This document shows positions 35,201 to 41,402 of a stretch of DNA of 55,619 nt, one piece after another (positions within the stretch are counted from its first letter, which is position 1; each line of letters begins with the position of its first letter). Made by a program: the position numbers and the translations under genes. The notes beneath the pieces are model-generated. The model was not told where the DNA came from and ran no database searches. It saw nothing but the letters and a program-made list of their open reading frames with translations. Source of the stretch: Christensenella sp. UBA5489 (lineage in GTDB: Bacteria > Bacillota > Clostridia > Christensenellales > UBA1242); contig DIPL01000020.1 in assembly GCA_002424095.1 (NCBI GenBank), positions 10,189 to 65,807 of the forward strand, given 5' to 3'.

Positions 35201-35821
35201 TGATTGCCCTGCAAAAAGTGCTGAATAATCTCTTAATCGTGCATCGACAATTCCATTTTCAATTGTGATATTTTTAAACTCTCCGCCTTCAATACCACCA
35301 AATAAACCGAAATAATTAGATGAATCTTCATAAATATAAAGATTTGATATTTTGTAATTATTGTCAGTATAAGTGCCAAATTCGTCGTAAATGCCGCCAT
35401 CATAGTTTCCTTTAAAGCGCCACTCATAAGTCGAAGCATTTGACGTTAATCCAATTGGCTTCCACATTTTACCATATAAATCAATATCTGCTGTTTGTTT
35501 GAAATATTTTCCTTCAAAATTATCTCTCTCTGTTGTTGTCGGCATTCTCGTTTTATATGAAACAAATGCCAAATCCTCGGCATTTGCAATTAAATAAGGG
35601 CTTTCGGAAGTGCCTTCGCCAGAGAGCGAATGCTCCGCAAGTCCTAAATCGTCATCAATCCATGTTTCAGTCGTTACTGGCGGGGGTGTAAATTCTGCTT
35701 TAAAAACGACTGCTTCATCTGTGCTTTTTAAGAACATAAAAAAATACATCCCGCACAAAAAAGTTACAAAAATAAACAATGATAATACGAGATTTTTGAA
35801 ATTTATTTTTGATGATATCAT
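29216..35821 (-). CDS. giant surface protein, paralogue of the 1631-aa protein (GLUG-type repeats, B-repeats, C-terminal TM anchor plus tail)
   Basis: 2201 aa with an N-terminal hydrophobic signal or anchor. I count about 30 xGG(L/I/V)(I/V)G units by eye between aa ~170 and ~1260. Flg_new repeat at aa ~1354-1431 (YDFAYWSLNTDGSGERYYYD...FHLYAIWTP). The C-terminal half is beta-rich. TM helix at aa ~2139-2163, then NNRKK and a 33-aa tail. SD GGAG 7 nt upstream. Confidence 0.9.
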   Translation of the reverse strand: MISSKINFKNLVLSLFIFVTFLCGMYFFMFLKSTDEAVVFKAEFTPPPVTTETWIDDDLGLAEHSLSGEGTSESPYLIANAEDLAFVSYKTRMPTTTERDNFEGKYFKQTADIDLYGKMWKPIGLTSNASTYEWRFKGNYDGGIYDEFGTYTDNNYKISNLYIYEDSSNYFGLFGGIEGGEFKNITIENGIVDARLRDYSALFAGQSYNVKIDNVSVDGYVGTFNQTTPAEGSSYVAGFVAFANTTENFDINKITNIAVSANTEIRGKAYVAGVVARNSNTIIENATNNGTIIAKRDNSGDIYAGGIVAVVQGEGELTFKNLTNNGTIDCTHSVAGGLIGNSTMINLKLSVIDSENSGNVKVGSYRAGGVIGRAYDATLINVTNSGKVEGRNELGGLVGRGSKINAQDSSNSAEIISETYNIGGLIGYVDNQTVIDNCSNSGKVQGTLNITGYNGVGGLVGVWTGRDSEITNSENTLTAEIIGASAGGAIGYTNGGEIIVTNFENYGKIVGSPLYLYNDIRGTGGVIGMSAGAGSKIEIINSLNQGILLGSIVGGAVGNAYGTSTYTIDNFINNTNLIFDNQTTNELTEDEEVLYQIPTGYLNSEENIITRYVGGVFGYNNALTTVVDSVNNGEISTYGNNVGGLSGNMLRIESNISNFTNNGNVKGKSYVGGIVGTARGVYSNVVQLGNVEGIGNNVGGIIGSAYSVTLKGVLTSDTKTVSGVSNVGGLIGYANTASVVNILPLIGDITTYCVNNASVSGTSSVGGLIGQSRQTVNIEETENTGIVNSTSYYTGGFIGLMNTGILNIKNSQNSGNVTSTVISRNAGNYNYATGGLVGHINSAGAQVKISDSQNTGNITGQFVGGIIGCNYARVLANVILTNVTNSGEILSNSGIEDIEGTIYYNYGYAGGILGASNTSGTLTLNSVTNDGAVTGKFAAGIAGMIGILNGTDVVNNGKITCNAYLINPVGNGTRIIGGLAGLVYQSGDTVELTDSKNTGQLSDSSTDGTEYSEWYYLGGLIGIARNVILNECENTFEINLENTPRALSYINYAGSLVAYGNNSVNFEIIKCKVSNIAVKADYVGGIVGAVYNAYGRTASNGTTVISECFVDANVSSTLNYNERASYVGGVIGYNRGGLELSNIVITGDICGNERIGGIASRIEMYSNVSDNLEYKIKNVSFEGNFVGSVYDSNTRIGGFIGEVYFNLHSTLRGTELPLEIQFCYNIAKFTETFESGSLSFDRYGGFVGYIGLYGSINDMSLTVTIDKCLYAVDKDGSPDGYGDYAQCGATHGNLTGTFVGNTSTTFTDADFATENTYVDWSFNGEDVETGEKTYWAIFESFNEGKPFLTNMYPCEIRFHNNDGGDDEFGTVNSLVGNQILITEKLITKPTRKYYDFAYWSLNTDGSGERYYYDETIEPSSNTFHLYAIWTPEKIFIEVGTGVLKNTEETVISDHYIERSMTDVIAYASPNEGDIFQNWEIFDPNLSEFVYYVETPQNLVLLGTGGILDDAFVDRWAFVDDEGRKSIKFRPISIGTKAFISIDFASGYSNRAIIEVDDVSYRVGTLLSDYGTAVGENSFTLKINPINHYEFTDFVIRDNKGEIIPDYSTMLTVSGTGDERTFTILTAGRYNIELNFQEIEYTITVNQVKNDLITAISTETADLVTGDDNLPTIKIGEDLINFGIADNFNYRFINFLILNNVGVYERYFYTEGSKFTEEFLNKFITNGEIEIFAVFVERYIFEIVVDPNGDGEGTFEAYIREENGETEAITIDKNNQAYIDENSNIIIIATPNSNSRFVEFTGIDAVNIENNIADFRINGDASITVEFESFYYTIISKIIDNNNQDLVESNILEKNNIDVSASVNNNKIVEGSVIYSIGLIEADKDIADGCYVFGSWYFNVDGVLIPITLEKFNITDNNVIIDINITKDFLQTYANENNEIIVVAKYFELYTLNIESSDASKGIFKLFKVVDEQKVQVEADETDFAYGTVLIIEAEVTNELYYEFVDFSGVDMELGDVLTPADKSLELSLTTNRYIVLNFVSKVFEIEEKADTSNAKGEITFSSDKVGVGDKLTVSFNVSSGYEIKSWMIIDKNGIEHDAKAIENVKYSNNTLVITIDENWLDTYGLDFNSEIKTMMNSTYFTILLAGGITIPILLAGILLFIILNNRKKAQYMAAKERSATMQLGLDRGKFLSDLKNDDKDK

Positions 35822-35883
35822 ATTTTCACTCCAAAATTATTAATTCTTACAAAATCCTACAAAATAATCTATAATATGATACA

Positions 35884-35912
35884 ATATTATCAATTATCGA
35901 TAAGAATGTCAA
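35884..35912 (-). promoter_or_regulatory. sigma-A-like promoter for the giant-protein operon
   Basis: On the minus strand: TTGACA, exactly 17 nt, TAATAT, about 60 nt upstream of ATG 35821. Confidence 0.55.
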
Positions 35913-36089
35913 ACGGATTTTTTACTTTAATTTTTATATTTTTTTCAACTTTAATATATATAAGTTGCATAAATTTTTAATGTTTATTCATTTTGGATTT
36001 ACTTTTCCTTAAATTACGAAAAACAATTATTTAAATCCGTATAAAAAATTCGTTACAGAAACAATTAGAACTATAAAGTTTTATAGAAG

Positions 36090-36118
36090 TTGACAATTTT
36101 TGTTTATGACTTTATAAT
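36090..36118 (+). promoter_or_regulatory. consensus sigma-A promoter for proS
   Basis: TTGACA, exactly 17 nt, TATAAT. AGGAG at 36135-36139 and ATG at 36145, so the leader is only about 20 nt. Confidence 0.6.
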
Positions 36119-36144
36119 AATTTTATTGTAGAATAGGAGTTGAA

Positions 36145-37578
36145 ATGGACGAAAATAAGTCATTTGTTAAGGAAATTGCTGATATTAAAACAAATTTCCC
36201 GCAGTGGTATACCGATATTGTTTTAAAAACTGAAATGGTTGATTATGGCCCCGTTAAAGGAACGATGATTATTCGACCTTACGGTTATGAAATTTGGGAA
36301 AATATCCAATTTGAATTGAATAAAAGAATTAAAAATACGGGACATAAAAATGCTTATTTTCCGCTTTTTATTCCATATAATTTTATTGCCAAAGAAGCAG
36401 AGCATGTTGAAGGGTTTGCACCAGAAGTTGCTATGGTTACGCACGCAGGTGGCGAAAAACTTGCCGAGCCAATTGTTGTAAGGCCAACTTCTGAGACATT
36501 ATTCGGAACAATGTATTCAAAATGGATTAAAAGTTGGAGAGATTTACCGCTCCTTCTCAACCAGTGGGCAAATGTTGTACGTTGGGAAAAAACAACTAGA
36601 CCTTTTTTAAGGACAACCGAATTTTTATGGCAGGAAGGCCACACTGCACACGCAACAAAACAAGAGGCGGAAGAAGAAACAATTAAAATGCTCCACGTAT
36701 ATGAAGAATTTATGAAAAATGTTTTGGCTTTACCTGTTCTAGTCGGCAAAAAAAGTGAAAAAGAAAAGTTTGCAGGTGCTGAAACGACATATTCCGTTGA
36801 ATCTATAACATTGGATGGAAAGTGTTTGCAATCTGGCACTTCTCATTATTTAGGGCAAAAATTTGCGAAAGCATTTGATATTAAATTTTTAGACAAAGAT
36901 GGCGAACATAAATTTGTCTATACAACGAGTTGGGGCGTGTCAACAAGACTGATAGGTGCTATGATTATGGCTCACGGAGATGTTCGTGGAATTGCCTTGC
37001 CACCAAAAGTTGCACCAATTCAAGTTGTCATTATTCCTATATCAAAAAAAGATGAAGTTAAGGAAAAGGCGGAGAATATTTTTAATTCTCTAAAAGATAA
37101 AAATATTCGTTGCGAACTAGATGAACGAAACCAAAGTCCCGGCTGGAAGTTTAATGAATGGGAAATGAAAGGCGTTCCACTCAGGATTGAAATCGGTCCA
37201 AGAGATATTGAAAAAAATTGCGTTCAAATTCAGCGTCGAGATACTTTAACAAAAGAAGAAGTTAAATTTGAAAATATTGATGAATATGTTTTGAATAAGT
37301 TGGATGAAATTCAAGTTGCAATGTATGAAAAAGCATTGAAACATTTACAGTCTAGAATTAAAGAAGTTCATAGTTTCGACGAATTAAAAGAAGCAGTAAA
37401 TAACGGATTTATCGCAAAATCAATGTGGTGTGGAAGTCGTGAAAGTGAAGAAAAAGTTAAGGAATTAACAACCGCCACAAGCAGAGTTATGCCGTTTGAC
37501 CAAACGCCATTTGATGATAAATGCGTAGTAACGGGCGAAAAAGCAAAGTTTGTTGTATATTTTGCAAAAGCATATTAA
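36145..37578 (+). CDS. proS: proline--tRNA ligase (archaeal/eukaryote-like short class IIa type)
   Basis: 477 aa. FPQWYTDI, GxMIIRPYGYEIWE, FRTTEFLWQEGHTAH and SWGVSTRLIG blocks, plus a C-terminal zinc-binding-like domain ending in Y. Confidence 0.95.
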   Translation: MDENKSFVKEIADIKTNFPQWYTDIVLKTEMVDYGPVKGTMIIRPYGYEIWENIQFELNKRIKNTGHKNAYFPLFIPYNFIAKEAEHVEGFAPEVAMVTHAGGEKLAEPIVVRPTSETLFGTMYSKWIKSWRDLPLLLNQWANVVRWEKTTRPFLRTTEFLWQEGHTAHATKQEAEEETIKMLHVYEEFMKNVLALPVLVGKKSEKEKFAGAETTYSVESITLDGKCLQSGTSHYLGQKFAKAFDIKFLDKDGEHKFVYTTSWGVSTRLIGAMIMAHGDVRGIALPPKVAPIQVVIIPISKKDEVKEKAENIFNSLKDKNIRCELDERNQSPGWKFNEWEMKGVPLRIEIGPRDIEKNCVQIQRRDTLTKEEVKFENIDEYVLNKLDEIQVAMYEKALKHLQSRIKEVHSFDELKEAVNNGFIAKSMWCGSRESEEKVKELTTATSRVMPFDQTPFDDKCVVTGEKAKFVVYFAKAY

Positions 37579-37656
37579 ATTTATACCGTTTAAAATCTTT
37601 GTTAAAATTCTCTTGCTGAATTTCAAAAAAGAGATATGGAAAAATTAATGTAATGC

Positions 37657-37685
37657 TTGTTTTAAATAAATTATTGTGATAAAAT
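37657..37685 (+). promoter_or_regulatory. possible extended -10 promoter placing the TSS at the lepB ATG (leaderless candidate)
   Basis: TTGTTT, 17 nt (ending TGA), TAAAAT, then 7 nt to ATG 37693. There is no SD before this ATG. Confidence 0.3.
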
Positions 37686-37692
37686 ATTTTTT

Positions 37693-38418
37693 ATGCGAAA
37701 GTATATATATAGAATTAAAGACTTTTTTGTTGATTTTATATACCATAATAGCCTTTATACCGTTCAAACAAATATAAAGGTTTTTTTTAAGCATTTTATG
37801 AACGGACTTTATATTGCATTATGTATTTTGCTTTTTATGCTTGCTTTTTTTATTGCTACACATAATTTTTATCCAATTGTCGGAGCATCTATGTTACCTA
37901 CACTTCAAGAGGAAGGACAAGGTTGTTTTATTGATATGGGCTCAGATGTTGAACACGGAGACATTGTCGCCGCTTTTGCAAAGTCACATACAAGAGTTGT
38001 TAAAAGAGTTATTGCAAAAGACGGAGACTTGGTTGGCTATTATCACAATCCCGAAACAGGCTACTATGAAACTGCATTGATTTATAAAGGTTCAAACGAA
38101 GTAACAATTTTAAAAGAAGACTATATTTTTGCAAAAAATGATAATGCCATATCGCACTATAACTTAATAACGTGGAATTTGGATTCAAAAGAGTTTGAAT
38201 TTCGTGGATATGAAGGGCAAGCAATTCAATTTTTGATTGTTCCAGAAAACCATTATTATATTCTTGGAGATAATCGTGGAAACAGTAGCGACAGTTCGTG
38301 GTATGGCACAATAAACCGAAGTTTGATTGTTGGAAAGGTTGATATGGTTGTTGATTTAGATAGTTTTTATTTAGCAGAAATTATTTCTTATTGTTTAGGT
38401 TGGAGGGAAATATTATGA
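37693..38418 (+). CDS. lepB: signal peptidase I (S26)
   Basis: GASMLPTL (catalytic Ser box), VKRVIA (Lys box) and GDNRGNSSDSS (box E). An alternative start is MNGLY at 37798. The stop overlaps the ychF start (ATGA). Confidence 0.85.
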   Translation: MRKYIYRIKDFFVDFIYHNSLYTVQTNIKVFFKHFMNGLYIALCILLFMLAFFIATHNFYPIVGASMLPTLQEEGQGCFIDMGSDVEHGDIVAAFAKSHTRVVKRVIAKDGDLVGYYHNPETGYYETALIYKGSNEVTILKEDYIFAKNDNAISHYNLITWNLDSKEFEFRGYEGQAIQFLIVPENHYYILGDNRGNSSDSSWYGTINRSLIVGKVDMVVDLDSFYLAEIISYCLGWREIL

Positions 38419-39518
38419 AAATCGGAGTTGTCGGACTTCCAAATGTCGGGAAAAGCACGCTTTTCAATGCTTTGTCGCAAGCAGGTGCTGAAAGCGAAAA
38501 TTATCCGTTCTGCACAATTGAGCCAAATATCGGAGTTGTAGATATAAAAGATGAACGACTTGATGTTCTTGCCAAACTTTTCAACAGTAAAAAAAATATT
38601 CCTGCGTGCATTGAATTTGTGGATATAGCAGGACTTGTCGAAGGAGCAAGCAAGGGAGCAGGACTTGGAAACAAATTTTTAAGCCATATTCGAGAAGTTG
38701 ATGCAATTGTTCACGTTGTACGCTGTTTTGATAACGAAAAAATCATAAGTGTATATGGCAGTGTAAATCCGAAAAGAGATATTGAGGTCATCAATCTCGA
38801 ACTAATACTTGCTGATTTAGAAACGGTTGAAAAGCGACTTGAAAAAAGTCAAAAATCGTCAAAGCAAGGTGGCGAATTTGCACAACGTGAAACTGAAATT
38901 TTAAAAATGCTATATACCGCACTTGAAAAAGGTCAACCTGTGCGAATACTTTTACAAAAAGCAAAATTTAGTGCGGAAGATGAAAATTTTATAAAATCAC
39001 TTTTTCTTTTAAGTGCTAAACCTGTTATTTATGCTGCAAATATAGACGAAAATGACATTGGCAAAGAAGATAATGAATATGTAAAAATGGTTAAAGAAAT
39101 TGCAGAAAAAGAAAATTCAAAAACAATTTCTCTATGTGCAAAAATTGAAGAAGAACTTATAAACTTAAATCCAGAAGAACGAGAAATGTTTAAGGCAGAA
39201 CTCGGAATTAACGAAAGCGGACTCGACCAACTTGCCAAAGCGGGATTTTCAATTTTGGGACTTATGACTTTCTTAACAGCAGGTGAAAAAGAAGTACGTG
39301 CATGGACCATCGAAAAAAATTCGAAAGCACCACAGGCGGCGGGCAAAATTCATACCGACTTTGAACGTGGATTTATTAAGGCGGAAATTGTGAATTATAA
39401 TGACTTAATTTCTTGCGGAAGTTGGAACGTTGCAAAAGAAAAAGGCAAAGTTCGAATTGAAGGAAAAGATTATATTATGCAAGATGGAGACGTCGTCATT
39501 TTTAAATTTAATATTTAA
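38415..39518 (+). CDS. ychF: ribosome-binding ATPase YchF
   Basis: MKIGVVGLPNVGKSTLFNAL, DIAGLV, and a TGS-like C-terminus with KIHTDFERGFIKAE. GGAGGG lies 7 nt upstream of ATG 38415. The ORF-track start at 38391 lies inside lepB. Confidence 0.95.
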   Translation: MKIGVVGLPNVGKSTLFNALSQAGAESENYPFCTIEPNIGVVDIKDERLDVLAKLFNSKKNIPACIEFVDIAGLVEGASKGAGLGNKFLSHIREVDAIVHVVRCFDNEKIISVYGSVNPKRDIEVINLELILADLETVEKRLEKSQKSSKQGGEFAQRETEILKMLYTALEKGQPVRILLQKAKFSAEDENFIKSLFLLSAKPVIYAANIDENDIGKEDNEYVKMVKEIAEKENSKTISLCAKIEEELINLNPEEREMFKAELGINESGLDQLAKAGFSILGLMTFLTAGEKEVRAWTIEKNSKAPQAAGKIHTDFERGFIKAEIVNYNDLISCGSWNVAKEKGKVRIEGKDYIMQDGDVVIFKFNI

Positions 39519-39593
39519 TATTTAAAATTTAAATTCTAAATTATTTTTAAATTATATTTATTTTAATTAATTGAGAAAGTTAGATAATAAAAA

Positions 39594-41231
39594 TTAGTCT
39601 GAATTTTCAATCAACGAATTCGACATTTCAAGCGAAGGTTGTAAATTTAATAAATCTAAAACGGTTGATGCTATATTGGCAAGTCCGCCGTTTTTTTTCA
39701 ATTTATAGAGAATTTTGGAGTTTTCGGATTTTTTAAATTTTTGCGTTTGGTTTTGATTTTTAGATTTTTCTTGCGTTTCCGCCACTAAAATAAACGGCAC
39801 AGGATTTGTTGTATGCGTTGTATGTGGCTTTCCATTTTTATCAATAAGCATTTCCGCATTTCCGTGGTCGGCTGTTATGATACAAGAACCACCAACAGAA
39901 ACACACGCCATCGCTATTTCATATGCGCATTTATCAACACAAGTTATCGCTTTTTTTGTGGCTTCAATATTTGCCGTATGCCCTAACATATCTGGATTAG
40001 ACAAGTTGACTAAAATAAAATCATATTTGTTTTTTAAAATTATTTCTTTTGTTTTTTCGGTAATTTCAAAGGCTCGCATTTGCGGATTTTTAGTAAAATC
40101 AGAATCGGCAAGTGTTGGAATTAAACAACGCTCTTCATCATTGAACGGCTCTTCCCTGCCACCATTGAAAAAAAATGTAACGTGAGCATATTTTGTTGTT
40201 TCTGCAATATGGAATTGTTTTTTACCATTTTTTGAAATAACTTCTGCCAAAGTGTTTTTTATATTTTTATTTGAATATGCGACTTTGACATTTTTTAAGT
40301 TGTTAGAATATTCCGACATTGAAACGAAAAAAACATTTTTAAATTTTTTAGTTTCAAAATATGGAAAATCAGGATTTGAAAATGCATCAGCAAGTTGTCG
40401 TGCACGGTCGGAACGGAAATTAAAAAAAATCACCGCATCGCCTTCATTTATAACTTTCGGACTTCCAATAATAGTCGGCTCAATAAATTCATCAAAAAAT
40501 CCACGACTATAAGACTCACGAAAGACATCATCGGCAAAATTGCTTTTTGGGGTTTTGCTTTCCTTATTTTCATCGACAAAATTATCTTTATGTGGATTTC
40601 CGTTGTTTTGCGTTTCAGTGCGTCCAAAAACCAACATATCATAATATTTTTTTGTATTTCCATATCGCTCTTCACGGTCCATTGCATAAAACCGCCCGCA
40701 AATATCTACAATTTCAGCACTTGTGCCCTTACAAAATTCTTGAATATTTCGAATATAAGAACGTCCACTGTCAATGGGTGTATCTCGCCCGTCAGTTATT
40801 GCGTGAATGTAAACTTTTTCGAGATTGTGTTTTTGCGTAAGTTTTATAAGTGCTTTCAAGTGATTTATATGAGAATGCACTCCGCCATCAGATAAAAGCC
40901 CAATTAAATGAATAGCACCATTATTTCCTTTTGCAAAATTCATTGCATTATTAAATTCTTTATTTTCAAAAAACTCTCCGCTTTTTATTTCAGCATTGAT
41001 TTTTTCTAAATCTTGTAATAAAATTCGACCGCTTCCAATTGTTAAATGTCCGACTTCGCTATTTCCCATTTGATTTTCAGAAAGTCCAACCGCTTTTCCC
41101 GAAGCATTTAAGAGCATATGTGGATATGATTTTTTAAGCGAATCTAAAAACGGAGTGCCTGCAAGTTTGATTGCATTGCCGTATCGCTCATTTCTATGTC
41201 CGAAGCCATCTAAAATAACAAGAGTTACCAT
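39594..41231 (-). CDS. gpmI: 2,3-bisphosphoglycerate-independent phosphoglycerate mutase
   Basis: LVILDGFG, GNSEVGHLTIG, HLIGLLSDGGVHSH, ITDGRDT, ADHGNAE. I place the start at MVTLVILDGFG (ATG 41231). The ORF-track start (TTG 41288) would add a hydrophobic 19-aa extension. Confidence 0.9.
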   Translation of the reverse strand: MVTLVILDGFGHRNERYGNAIKLAGTPFLDSLKKSYPHMLLNASGKAVGLSENQMGNSEVGHLTIGSGRILLQDLEKINAEIKSGEFFENKEFNNAMNFAKGNNGAIHLIGLLSDGGVHSHINHLKALIKLTQKHNLEKVYIHAITDGRDTPIDSGRSYIRNIQEFCKGTSAEIVDICGRFYAMDREERYGNTKKYYDMLVFGRTETQNNGNPHKDNFVDENKESKTPKSNFADDVFRESYSRGFFDEFIEPTIIGSPKVINEGDAVIFFNFRSDRARQLADAFSNPDFPYFETKKFKNVFFVSMSEYSNNLKNVKVAYSNKNIKNTLAEVISKNGKKQFHIAETTKYAHVTFFFNGGREEPFNDEERCLIPTLADSDFTKNPQMRAFEITEKTKEIILKNKYDFILVNLSNPDMLGHTANIEATKKAITCVDKCAYEIAMACVSVGGSCIITADHGNAEMLIDKNGKPHTTHTTNPVPFILVAETQEKSKNQNQTQKFKKSENSKILYKLKKNGGLANIASTVLDLLNLQPSLEMSNSLIENSD

Positions 41232-41402
41232 AATAAAATTATAATTGCAAAAGCAAATAAAAGCAAATAAAACTAAATTTATTTTCAAATTAAGCCTTTA
41301 AACTAAATTTTTGGCAAAACAAAGTTCAAAAACATTTTTTTCGACATTTATTTTGCTGTGCTTTTCATCTTTTTGTAATAAAATCAAAAAGAGGTAAGAT
41401 TT

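Noticed and set aside
24243-35821. LPXTG sortase signals, SLH domains or choline/cell-wall-binding repeats in the giants
   Set aside because: No LPXTG-like motif precedes the C-terminal helices, and I recognised no SLH or CWB repeat patterns. Anchoring appears to be through the TM helix itself.
19951-35912. The accessory block as a prophage, ICE, transposon or integrated plasmid
   Set aside because: I can recognise no integrase, recombinase, transposase, replication, capsid, tail or conjugation genes, no tRNA target and no flanking direct or inverted repeats. The only plasmid-like gene is the ParM homologue. The 8-bp ACGGATTT/AAATCCGT inverted pair near 35.9-36.0 kb is too short to be meaningful.
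35913-36144. Possible T-box or other leader riboswitch upstream of proS
   Set aside because: A consensus promoter at 36090-36118 leaves only about 20 nt of leader. I see no specifier or antiterminator helices or T-box sequence, and the DNA upstream is featureless and AT-rich.
37579-37650. Terminator after proS (TCTCTT..AAGAGA hairpin)
   Set aside because: The stem is 6 bp with a 14-nt loop and no following T-run, which is not convincing as an intrinsic terminator.
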